A stretch of DNA of 64,000 nt, taken from the NCBI RefSeq assembly GCF_033153115.1, contig NW_026889763.1:5518001-5582000 (forward strand), in the 5' to 3' direction. The notes below the pieces were generated by a model that saw only the letters and a list, made by a program, of their open reading frames with translations, did not search any database and was not told the origin of the DNA. This DNA is from Saccostrea echinata (lineage: Eukaryota). The position numbers and the translations under genes were made by a program. Of this stretch, positions 11,831-24,361 are shown piece by piece. The first letter of the stretch is position 1, and every line of letters starts with the position of its first letter.

Positions 11831-13473
11831 CCGACCAAGAGAAGATTGTCTTCTGTGTTATAACTCAGACAACATGGTTCATCTATCTTATCTTTCACTG
11901 TAAGTAAAAGCCGAAGAAAATGGCCGTTTTGGTCAATCATTTGAACGGTGTCTGTTTTATAATCGCACACAAGGATGTTCAGTATTGCGTCTGTACAAAG
12001 TCCTCTCGGCCAAAATTCTGAACTGGAGGGGGGTCCTTTATAGGAAAAGCGATGTTTTGCTCTATGATCCGTCACCACCACTGCATTTTTACTATGGTCC
12101 GACACGATCACGTCCCCATTGCAGTTCTCTGTGATGTAGCGAGGGTATTGATAAAGGGCTTGGCCTGCTACACCGAGGGAAAAAGATTGCATTTCACTGC
12201 CAGAGTAATTTAATCGCACTACTTTGGCTTCTAAAGTCGAGTTTTCCTCAGACCCCTGTTTTTTTCTCATCATACCAACTAGAATATCCCCGGTTAGTCT
12301 GGACGCGTAGATACTACAAGGCATCCATGGATCTTTGTTTGGAAGAAGAATATTCTTTTTCTTCAAATCGACAGAAAGTTTACAAATATTTGTCTCTTTG
12401 TCGATGAAAATCAACTCTTCTTCTTTGGTCACAGATTGTATGGCCCATTCATCCGAAATGTTAGACACTTGATGCAAAGTTTTTCCAGAACTGTCCGACA
12501 AAATAATATTTTCATCTCTTACCCAAAACTTGTTGGATGAGACATGAGAAATCTGGTAGCATTCGTTGACGCCTTTGACCTTGATGGATTTCACCTTTTC
12601 AGCTCCATCCATTACTTGGAGATTCGGAACATCGTAAGAAATGTACTCACTTTTCTTGGTTTGCCTTGGTTCATTTCCTGGTACTTCTTCTATATGACCT
12701 AAATATTTGATAACATCTTCCATTGCTATGTTTTCCTCGGTTAGAAGTGGTAGGGGTATGTCCATTATGTGGGGAACATCGTCCTTTTCTGAAATTGGAT
12801 TGTCTCTAAGGTAGAATAGAAATTCTGCTGGTTTGTTATCTGATTGGTCAAACCTTTCAACCATAGTTTTAAGATGGGCTATATAATTGGTGATTTCACA
12901 ATCCTGTTTTTCTAGCTCCGATTCCTGTAATTTTCGGATTCCGTTCAAGCTTCTTTCGTTTTCCTCGATTACATTCTCAATAAGTGCTTTCATTTTCAAA
13001 CCTCTGGATGTCAAGAGAGACAAAATCTGATCAATTTCTTCTTTACGCGATAACAAGTCCGCTTGAATATCTTGCTGCATAGATATGCAACGGGGCAAAA
13101 TTTCCTTTCGGATTTTAGATACCCTTACTTTGCACTTTTCTCTGATCGTGTGACACGCATTTTCCAAGTTCATAAAGCTATGCTTCTTGTGTTTTGAGTC
13201 TTCTCTACATATTTCACAGATAGGAAGTTGACATTGCTGACAGCACAGGCTGTAAACTTGTCCACTATGTATGGAACATTTCTCCTGGATAAAGGTTGCT
13301 CCATATTTTTCTTGTAGGAGCACAATGTCATGAGAAGCACTGGCTGTATTTTTAAGATGATCCCTTTCACAAATTTGACAAAGATCCTTTTTGCAATTTT
13401 TGCAGTAAAATTCAGCATTTTCTTCGCACTTCGAACATTCGACAAAATGCTGTGCAAAAGCCGTTTGTGCCAT
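11788..13473 (-). CDS. RING-less TRIM-like protein: two B-boxes, coiled coil, C-terminal NHL/beta-propeller (family expanded in bivalves); single coding exon
   Basis: ATG at 13473 (MAQTAFAQHFVEC). B-box1 CSKC..FYCKNC..LCQIC..DH, B-box2 CSIH..CCQQC..ICEIC..HKKH, NHL-like YPRYITENCNGDVIVSD and WPRGLCTD..NILVCD. Likely 5'UTR acceptor near 13512. Confidence 0.88.
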   Translation of the reverse strand: MAQTAFAQHFVECSKCEENAEFYCKNCKKDLCQICERDHLKNTASASHDIVLLQEKYGATFIQEKCSIHSGQVYSLCCQQCQLPICEICREDSKHKKHSFMNLENACHTIREKCKVRVSKIRKEILPRCISMQQDIQADLLSRKEEIDQILSLLTSRGLKMKALIENVIEENERSLNGIRKLQESELEKQDCEITNYIAHLKTMVERFDQSDNKPAEFLFYLRDNPISEKDDVPHIMDIPLPLLTEENIAMEDVIKYLGHIEEVPGNEPRQTKKSEYISYDVPNLQVMDGAEKVKSIKVKGVNECYQISHVSSNKFWVRDENIILSDSSGKTLHQVSNISDEWAIQSVTKEEELIFIDKETNICKLSVDLKKKNILLPNKDPWMPCSIYASRLTGDILVGMMRKKQGSEENSTLEAKVVRLNYSGSEMQSFSLGVAGQALYQYPRYITENCNGDVIVSDHSKNAVVVTDHRAKHRFSYKGPPSSSEFWPRGLCTDAILNILVCDYKTDTVQMIDQNGHFLRLLLTVKDKIDEPCCLSYNTEDNLLLVGCRDSRRVSVFRYL

Positions 13474-15231
13474 TTGTTTGATTTTTTCCGTAATAACTTG
13501 CGTTAGACAACTGAATTCCAAACAAAAACGGCACTGGTAAGTTCGAGTAAATTTGCCAATGAATTCGGGTAGTATATATAATTATACCTCAAGATCTCTT
13601 GTGGGCTTTGGAGGTTTAAATCACACTAAACAGCTAAAGGTATGCATAACAAAACTTGAGAAGTATTGATTACTAGCAGACGTAGGTTATCGTTCGAATG
13701 TACCCAATGACAACAAATCTAATGCCTGAAATGTACAAAACAATTAGTTTGAGTAAATTTTACAAGTAGACGTCTAGAAGTATGTTTGGAATACCTTGAT
13801 AAACAATAGAACTGCTTTTTAAAAAATGTGAAATAATATGACCATCATTAAGGCAGTTATCTCTTTGTGTGAACCTAATTAGGTTATAATTAAGGGGTTT
13901 AAATCGCATTGGCGGAATAAATAAATATATCTACGGGTAGCGTTTCAAATTAGTTATCAGTTTATTTACTACAATCCTTTATCAAACGACATCTAAATCT
14001 ATAAAAATAATGCCTGAACTGTACCCAACATTTAATGTTTCAATAAACTTTAAAAACAGAATTTTAGAAGTTTGGAATATCATGATTTAGGAAGCACCTG
14101 CTCTTTTTAAAGCCCCTAACATAAAAGAGTATAATTTATATATTTTTTTTATTTAGCTGACAGCAACACAAGAAAGAAATTTATTTCAACATATACATCT
14201 AAGTTAAATTCAGATCTTCCAAACTGAAGGACTATTAGATATCATGTGTATATCCAGCTCAGTTTTGTTTTAGTTATTCATTGACAAGTACCTGGTAGTA
14301 TTCTTCTCGAAAATACTGTGGTAAAAGTAGACCACAAATTTTAATAAAATCGTCTATACTAGTATATGTATTAAACATACGATGTAGTTATCATTACATG
14401 AAATTTATTATCATTGGTAAAGTTTATCACTAATTATTTGAATTGGGAAAAATTTAAACAATTGAAGACTACATTAATTGTAACACAAGTTACAACTGTG
14501 CGTTAGATTACATTCGAATTCACCACTGTCTGATAATAAATCCATGCAATGTGAAGTGCATAAAAATCATTAAATGATAATCTTACCACAAAATAATTTA
14601 TAAGTGATTTTTAAATACATTTGCTTAAACAGCTAACCACATTGACTTCCTTGATATGAGGAATATAAATACAATGTACGGTCAAACCTTGTTTTAGTGA
14701 ACTTGATGGAATATCTGATGATTCTCGATATGGAAGTTAAAATTCAGAAAGTAAAGGTCGTTGGGACCTCCAATTTACTTTGACACTTTTATGGTATTCG
14801 ACATATTGAAGTTTGCGTCAATTATCAAATTTCAACTGGACCTTGAAAAGTCAAAATAAGGAAAACTACAAAGTATTCTATCCATAACTTTACTGAACAA
14901 TGGATTACTACTTTTTTTTTAAAATCAATTTTATTAATTGTCAGTTTTGAAGGCATCAACATCATGAATTACAAATTTGAAACAAAGGACGGAGAACTAA
15001 GTATATATTAAATATAAAACCAACAACACTAACTGTAAATCAGTGAATCACAGGACTAACACAACTGTCAAATAATTAATATCACATGATACATTATATA
15101 AAAATACTGCATCTCTTATATACATTATAATAATGTACATCAATAAACAGAGATCTAATGATAAAGTAGACCTGATTATGTTCCCTTTCATACAATCTAC
15201 AACAATTTACAAGGACTAAGATGATTCACGA

Positions 15232-16673
15232 CAGGGATGGGCACGATTACTGAAAAATGTAATCGATTAATAATCGATTACTTAGAGGAATTTTGTGTAA
15301 TCGATTATTAATCGATTACACTCATTTTTGTCCTGTAATCGATTGTAATCGATTACTTTGGAAGATGTAATCGATTAATAATCGATTACTTCTAAGTTTT
15401 TATCCCTTCATATATCAAAGCAATATTTAAATGGTAAATGTTGATGTTCTCACTAAATGCCCAAATGAGGGATTCTCTACCATGGAAAGTGGATACATGA
15501 TTCCTACAATAAAATATGCCAGGGAATTAATTATTCATTTCAACCTTGGATCTGAACCTCCATATTTATTTTCTTGTTGCAAAAATTAGTTAATATTTTA
15601 TTGTGAATTAATAACTTCATTAGAAGTATATGGGCTGCCCGTATGTTGTCAGTACACATTCAACATTCCTGTACTTATCTTTTTCAAAAAAATAAGTAAA
15701 TTAGAACTCTTAGTAATAAACATATAAATTATATGTGTCTTTAAGTAATTAAACTAATAGCACAATTTCATAAGTGTTCTGAGAGCTTATTATTTGTTTT
15801 AATAATATTGTTTGTCTTAAATGGAATGAAAGTTAAACACTGGGTAGTTCACAGTTTACACCTCATTATCTGCAAATTAGGGATGTCCCAGTCAAATAAT
15901 TAGCCAATTAAGATAAGCAAACACAGTGACACTTACTCCCTCTCTTTCAGACACTTGAAGCCTCTCATGGATATAAAAACAACCTTACAATTTTGAATGA
16001 AAACATGAGAATGAATTTGCAAATTTTAAAGTTACTAAAACACAAGTTTGAAGTTGTTTAAACATTTTCAGATATGAATAAGTATTTCCATCTTCTTTTT
16101 TTTCCGAGTACAATGTAGTTTATAATTATTTACCAAAATATTTATATTTAATAAAGCATTTAAATCTGTTTTTGCTATTTGTAATTTTCTATTACAAGAC
16201 AAAGTTTTTCAACATCTGAAATATGAAAAAGGACATGCAGCAAAAGGACAGTGGGTTAAATGTAAAATGCACTCGAAAAATCTGTATATTTTATTAATAA
16301 ATGGTTGAAATACACTTCTGAATTATTTAATACTAGACCAGTAGCTCTATAATGCAAATTTTATTGAGAACATTATCAAACTTATGATAATAAAAGTTGG
16401 GAAATCCAAACATTACACTACGTGGTTTATATTTGATATTTATGTGTGACTGACTGGAAATAATTCTCCAAAATAACATCCATTTATGTATAAAATAATC
16501 GAAAGTAATCGAAAAAGTAATTATAATTACATTGAAAATTTTAGCTGTAATCGATTAAATTACGATTACAAGTAATCGAAAATCTCTTCGATTACAGATT
16601 ACTGTCGATTACTTGAAAAAAAGTAATCATTACAATCGATTACGATTACTCGATTACGATTACCCCATCCCTG
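15232..16673. mobile_element. Non-autonomous hAT-like DNA transposon
   Basis: TIR CAGGGATGGG...CCCATCCCTG, 8-bp TSD ATTCACGA on both sides, subterminal (GTAATCGATTAC) arrays. Confidence 0.9.
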
Positions 16674-17723
16674 ATTCACGATTATTTTCAGATCTGGTCA
16701 TAACCCTACCATAGTACATTAATAAATACAGAATCATACATGTATATTTATCTGGGTTTTTTTTTTTTAAGTTCTTTACCTGATAGACTTGAACAAAGAA
16801 TGCAGGATGGATATCACTCTAAACATAATGTACGTGTCATTATATTGCACTTTCTTGTCATTTTACATATATCAGCCAACTAAAAACAATATCTTAATCC
16901 AGAATTTTTACAACTATAATCATTTGAATATTGAGAATAGTTTTCAAGAAAGGTTTTCAATCAGATTATACAATTTTGTACCATTTTAAAATATGCAAAT
17001 AAATAAAATTAAATTCGTTGCATTTCATAGTTATCACGTGATCACAAACTATATATATCCTCACTCATTCATGTTCGATTATCGAGTCTGGCTATAACCT
17101 ACGGGTATACACGTATATTTAAAAATAACATAAACATTATGTATTTGATATTTTATGTATGTTTACGCTTCTGAATGTATTGATTAACGAAACAATTATT
17201 TATAATAGACTGAATCAGTATTATAATTATATAAGGCAGTGCAAAATAAAAGGTTATAGTGAGTACCATTCCTAACATATGAGTTCTTTTCATTACTCTC
17301 ATACTTAGAATATAATTGTTTTATATTCGGACGAACATAGTGAGGGAGAATATAATATGAATTTCATATAGACTAATTAGGAATTTTTAATGCCCTCTTT
17401 CTGCACAACAATGTATAACCATTTCTAATAAATTCAAAGCAGCCAATTGAAATAAAGTTTTTTGTGCACATCTTTAGTATGTGTAACAAAATCTGACAGG
17501 AATAGTAATGTCCTAAATGACTAAAATAAATTATTTGTATTTGTTTCAGAATTATGGAACTTCAATGCCTTAAGAATGCAATGTTCATGATTCAATACCA
17601 AAACAAAATGAAATCTTACACTTGAATAGAATTACAAAAACATTTTTATAGGACTTTTAATTTGCCAAGATGTTAAAAACCCTGTAATTAGATGATTCTT
17701 TAATTAAAAAACTTGTTAAATTT

Positions 17724-20700
17724 TTAATAGTGTCCTGCTGTTTCAGAATCAACAACACTTGTGAACTGCTCCTCTCCAAGATTCACGTTATCAAGGTTGG
17801 CTGCCGATTTCTTCTTAGCTAGGTACTCCTCTAGGTTTTTCATTACTGCATGGGGATTCCTCTTCGCATGATTTTCAATATCTGTCAGTGTTTTAAAAAA
17901 ATATTCAATTATGTAAAATTGAGTATCAACATCATACCATCATGTGTAATTATTTTGATTTCCACTTTGAAATCTTTTTGTCATGTGTAATTTCAATCAT
18001 CAAATAAACTTATGAAGTATAACTTGCTTTCAGTGAATACCTCAAGCTCTATAAAAAGTTATTGTTATTTCTGATCAATGTTCTTTTTTTTTATTATTGA
18101 CACTGAAATAATTGGATATACATTTAACCAGTTGTCTTTAATAAGCATGCTGACATTAATGAGCCAATGAAGGCTACTTTTACTGAACTTTAAGTTACAC
18201 GTTTCATAAACTAGATTATGATTGGATAGAATTTGCCACCTAACATTGGGGTACTTACGCGGTAAAACAAAGCCTGGGTCAGAGATAGTTTTCCCCTGGG
18301 ATACTTACGCTGTCAAACAAAGCCCGAGTCAGAGATGGTTTTCCCCTGGGATACTTAAGTTGTAAAACAAAGCCCGAGTCTGAGATGGTTTTCCCCTGGG
18401 ATACTTATGCTGTGAAATGAAGCCTGAGTCCGAGATGTTTTTTCCCTGGGATACTTAAGCTGTAAAACAAAGCCCGAGTCACAGATGGTTTTCCACTGGG
18501 GTACTTACGCTGTAAAACAAAGCCTGAGTCGGAGATAGTTTTCCCCTGGGATACTTACGCTGTAAAACAAAGCCCGAGTCAGAGATGGTTTTCCCCTGGG
18601 ATACTTAAGTTGTAAAACAAAGCCCGAGTCTGAGATGGTTTTCCCCTGGGATACTTATGCTGTGAAATGAAGCCTGAGTCCGAGATGTTTTTTCCCTGGG
18701 ATACTTAAGCTGTAAAACAAAGCCCGAGTCACAGATGGTTTTCCACTGGGGTACTTACGCTGTAAAACAAAGCCTGAGTCGGAGATAGTTTTCCCCTGGG
18801 ATACTTACGCTGTAAAACAAAGCCCGAGTCAGAGATGGTTTTCCCCTGGGATACTTACGCTGTAAAACGAAGCCCGTGTCGGAGATGGTTTTCCCCTGGG
18901 ATACTTACGCTGTAAAACAAAGCCCAAGTCAGAGATGGTTTTCCCCTGGGATACTTATGCTGTAATACAAAGCCTGAGCAGAGATTGTTTTCCCCTGGGA
19001 TACTTACGCTGTAATACAAAGCCTGAGCAGAGATGGTTTCCCCCTGGGATACTTACGCTGCAAAACAAAGCCCGAGTCAGAGATGGTTTTTCCCTGGGAT
19101 TTCCACACCTGGTACATCTGGAGATATAGACCAGTGTAAAAATCACACACCACAGGAAGGACCTCCTTCTGTTTATTGCACTCTCTGAAAATTAAAGCAC
19201 TTAGATGTTTATAGCATGTCATATGCTGCTTTTTATTATAAACAAACCAACATGCATCTTCTGAACACTTCTCCGATCTGTCCATGTATATCAAAATCGT
19301 TTATGTCCATACACGGTTGAATGTGTTTAAAGTGTTGTTATGTCATGTCTTCTGCAATATTACATTTCTTCTGACTGATTAAGAAGTACATATTTATAAG
19401 ACATTTCATTCCTTACTTGTTGAGACAACCTTCTCTGAGAGCCTGGAGGGCGATTCTGGACAGATTAATGGACATTACACAGAATGGGAAGTTCTACAAT
19501 GCACAATTTATAACAGGAATTTTTGAATGCACTAATAAAAACATATGACTGTTATGTTATGTGTATCAGTTGATTAAAATGACCTATTAGACTGTAAATT
19601 TCATGGTACAGTATGATATATATATGTACCTATGTATGATATGAATACACTTATAGTGAAATGAAATTGTTCAATAAGTATTGGAATAATACACAGTCTA
19701 CAAAATTTGACAACCAGAAGTTTCCCCCTTTCTTACATAAATTCTTTCTAAGACCAGAGTTAGAATAACTTTACATGTGCTGAAGACGGGATGTATAAAT
19801 TCCATTAAGATAGCTATAGCTATATTTATACCTGAGTGGGGTGAAGGGAAAGCTTGTAAATTTCACTGGCCAGCACTTGTCGCTTGGCATCACGCAACAG
19901 GTAAATCAAATGTAACAGTCCCAATAATCCTACACCTCTCAGATCTGTTGATGGATCCCTGCCTGAAATGTAAAAGCAAATAGATCAGATTTAACCACCC
20001 CAACCTTCATCACCCAAACCTGCTGTTTGACAACTCCATTGTATACAACAACCACAGTTAGTGAAAATTTTGTCTCACTTATCAATATCAAATAGCTATC
20101 TCGATAGATCTATGGTAGATAAGATGTTTACCATACCATTACAGTATCAACTTAAACTGTCTGGTAAATTGTTATAACTTGATAAATAGATTATGTATAT
20201 GATAAATAGATTAATTTGATTTTCTATGTACATGATAAAAAGATTTATTTGATTTTCAAAACTTACCCTGAAATCCTATTTCCTCCCAGTGGTTTCCAAA
20301 GCGAGGACAGTCAAACCTTGACCCTGTAAGACTGCGATAAATTGTCTGTAGAGATCTGATATGGATCTGGTTAGAATTCTCTAGCACCGCTGGAAAAACA
20401 AAAAGATTCAAAACTGATATTGTTGGAACTCAATACGTGGGAAGTATGAGAGACCATTTTAAGTTAGAGTACATACAGTTGTGATGGACAACATTTCAAT
20501 TTTGTTGCTTTTGAAGCTTTAAAATTCTTTAAGAACTGCTAGTTATGTATATTTGTTTTTTTTAACATCCCCCAAATAAAGTACATGCTGAATTTTTAAC
20601 AAAGAATGTAGATATCTTGATTGAGAAAGTTTTGGGTAATAGCTTTTTTAATTTATGAAATAAGCTCTCTGAAATTCAGGTTTTAAATTTTGTCATTAAA

Positions 20701-23700
20701 AGTTTTTTTTATATTAAAATTACTTACATGCAGCTATACAAAATATCCTATCTCTTTCCTCGTGTAGATTTTTATGTAGTTTTGGAGGACCAAAGAGGAA
20801 GTATTTCAGTGCAGAAAAACCATGGCGTTCTACTGTTGTCCGAATTTTGTCCTGAAATCATACAAAGTTCCGAAAATTAGTCTAACATACAGCATCTTTC
20901 TCCAACAGCTAATACACAACATGACTTATTCAATTTTCATACTTGCATTTATCATTTGTTGGGCTTGACAGCAAGTAAATAAAGTGCCCCGCCACAGCAT
21001 GATACGCCCGTCAAATATTGTTCAATTGTCATAAACAGTTTAGAGTGCAAGAAAATCATAACAACCTTGATACAAGGATTTCAATGATTTTTCCATTCCT
21101 TATAATATTTGTTTATACATCTTCTGTGGTGTAGGCATTAATTATAACAAATATTATATTATAGATCCTCAACTGGTTGTGTTAGAGCTTGACAAATGCC
21201 CATCTGCAGTCCCCCCCCCCCCCCCCCCCCCCCCCTCAGCTTTCAGATTTGTGAGACATGATGCTCTGAATTAGTTGATATTTTCAAAAAAATAAATAAA
21301 AATATCATATTAAACAAATCAATTGAGTCTTAGCAACTTAATCTACCCATGGAAAAGTGAACTGCCTATATGGGCAGTTATTAGGCAGTTCTTTAGCAGT
21401 TTTGCTAATTTTAAGCAGTTTTCAAACAGTTTCAGTCAGTTTGGCTTTTTTCTGTTCTTTTGTGACTGCTAGTGCCTTGGGAGTAAACAGTTTTCCTTAG
21501 CAGGTTTTAAGCAGTAATCAGTTTCCCTAGCAGTTATATCTTGGTTGCCTATGCTTGAGGAGAAGACAGTTTTCCTAAGCAGTTTTGTAAGCAGTTTGTA
21601 AGCAGTTTCCTTGTATAATTTGATTGGGTTCAAGAGAAATTTTAAAGTTGGGGTCAATGATCAACAAATATAAACAACAGGAACCCAACAACAGACCGCC
21701 AGAATTCAATTCTTGGCTGCCATGTTGTATTGTTGGACAAAGGCTATAAAGCATCATGAAGAGGGAGCCTGCTGGCCACAAAGCTTTAGATTTATTGAAA
21801 TAATGATTTAGACATTTAACAATTGGTAAGTTCAATATATTTATTAATTTGTGGCCTTGTGGTGTTTGGATGAAGTGAATATTTGCTGTACTTTTGACTT
21901 TTTCCTTCAGTGTTGAATCTTGTTGAACATTATTTACATGCCCTGGGATATATAAGATTTCTTACTAGTCAGTGAGTATAATTGCATGGTTGTACATGTG
22001 TATGTAAATAAGATACATATATTAATTATTAGTTACACTGATTATAATAACATGCATAAAACAGTGTTTGATACTTTTTAAACATTCATCTTAGCTATCT
22101 CTAATTGTTTGACTGTGTTATACAATATTGTACAAAATACAATAAATTAAAATGTAACAAGCATTTCTGATATAGGTAGCTCTTTTATAACTGCATATTA
22201 TTTCACGCTGGATAATAGAAAATGTCCTACTGACTTATTATTAAATATTTATTTTGTAAAAGGGAAATAGATAAGCAGTATATAATAGTTTACTGGAAGT
22301 CCACTAGCAGTTAGCAAAAACTGCCTAAATAACTGCCTATGAACTGCTAAGAAACTGATAATGAACTGCTAGGAAACTGCCTGTAAACTGCTTGCGAACT
22401 GGTTACGAACTGGTAAGGCTAAGAAAACTGCTTATAGATTACAAAAGGTTTGAAAGCAATTTGTTTATCCATTAGCAGTCTAGGGAAGGTTAAGTAACTG
22501 CTCCAGAACTGCTAAAAAGTTCAAACTGTTATAAGGCTAAGAAACTGCTATATAACTGCCTTCCACTTTGCCATGGGTATATCAAATTAATTTTAAAAAT
22601 AAAAGGCTGACCATTAAATGACATATCCTATAAACTGACAAGCAGTTCTTCTGTATAATTCCCAAAGGATACAGATAAGAGCTGCTTGATCAGAGATCCT
22701 CTAACAGAAATGATTGAGACAGCTACATGTAGCCTTCCTACACTGAACTCATTAATTAATCTTTAACTGGATGCATGTCCACTCATTACTCCCAATGGAT
22801 GAATGGATCTATACATACTACCTGCTTTGTAGTGCAATAAAAATGCATACATGTATTTATGTCATTCTGAAGTTAAATTTGAAAACAAAGATTTTTTTTT
22901 AATTTGTTACAAAGATTTATAAAAAGAAAAAAAACTTGTGCAATCTTAATGCAACATTTTTAATAAGGTTCCTGCATTACTCTTAGATTTGTAGGGACTA
23001 TCTACCATAATTAAAACCTTTTTTTTAAATACTTTATTTTTTTTTAGATTTAATGTCAGACTGGTTTTAAGCTGCAATTCATATGGACAATAGGCATGCT
23101 GATTCCAGTATCCCCCTCCCCCAAGTATAATTAGTTTTAATTATATTATACAATATCAAATTAGTTTATTATTCAATATCAAATTAATTTATTATACAAT
23201 ATCAAATAAGTTTTTATTACTTTTCACCAAATTCATTTTAAAGGTTGGGTTAGCCAACTATTTAATCCAATACGAATGATTCTTTTTGCCCAGTTCCCAA
23301 GAGATATAGATAACACCTGCTTGATCAGAGATGCTCTACCAGTTAGCTCCTCACACTAAACTCATTAATTTCTCTCTAATTTGACATGCAATTTTCTGTT
23401 ATCAAATTCTCCTTGACCAGTGCTTGATAATTACACCCATGGGAGAGGTGGAATTTCTCTTGTAACATTACATTTGTTACAGATTGCTGTAAAGTATATA
23501 ATGAAAAAAATAAGTATTTTCTTGATTTAACATTTTTTAAACAAGGATACTGCAACACTCTTGCATTTTTTGGGATTGTGTAATCTAATAGTAAAAAGGC
23601 AATTTTTTTTTTTTAATTTCACTTAAATAAAAGGTCACAGTGACCTTGAAATAGGTTGCGACACACCTTCTACCTAAGATGCATAAATTGGCCAAGTTTG

Positions 23701-24330
23701 ATGATTCTAAGTCCAATAGTTTTCTAGTTATGGGCCGGACAGGATTTTTCCATATTTGGCCATAGCATCTTCATTAAAGGTCAGAGCAACCTACTTTTAG
23801 TGCGCGACACACCTTCTACCCAAGAAGTATCAGCTGACAAAGTTTGATAATCCTAGGCCTAATAGTATTAAAGTTAAGAGCCGGACACGAGAAAAGCTAA
23901 CAGACAGACAGATGGACGGACATGAACGCCATAACATAATACGTCCCATCTAAAGACGGACGTATAAAAAGGTATGTATTAATATTATTGTACGAATTGG
24001 CACTGACCATTTTCTTTGTTGTCGGAGGTTGTGTTATACTGACCTTTACTCCTGAGAAATCCTCGGAGACAAAGTGTTCCAACATCTCAAAGAAAGACAG
24101 CATTGGAGCATTGGTCACGACACTCTCTGTGGACAGAATAAAAGGTTTATTATATTTGCCTTCAAACCAAAAGCTACTCAGAAAGATTTAAATTTGATCA
24201 TTATTTTAATTCAAAAACACATATACACATACCAAACTGTTCAGTACTTTGCATACATCAGTTTCTTCCCTTTTTTGTCTTTTTTAATTAATATCTTTTT
24301 TAATTTATTTTTATTTTTTAGAATGTGTGT

Positions 24331-24361
<31 letters not shown>

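Noticed and set aside
13170-13457. Overlapping 95-aa ORF in the TRIM-like gene
   Set aside because: Alternative frame with no recognisable motif and a non-ATG start.
13474-13521. ORF-track start at 13521
   Set aside because: A TTG start that crosses a probable acceptor; the first ATG is at 13473.
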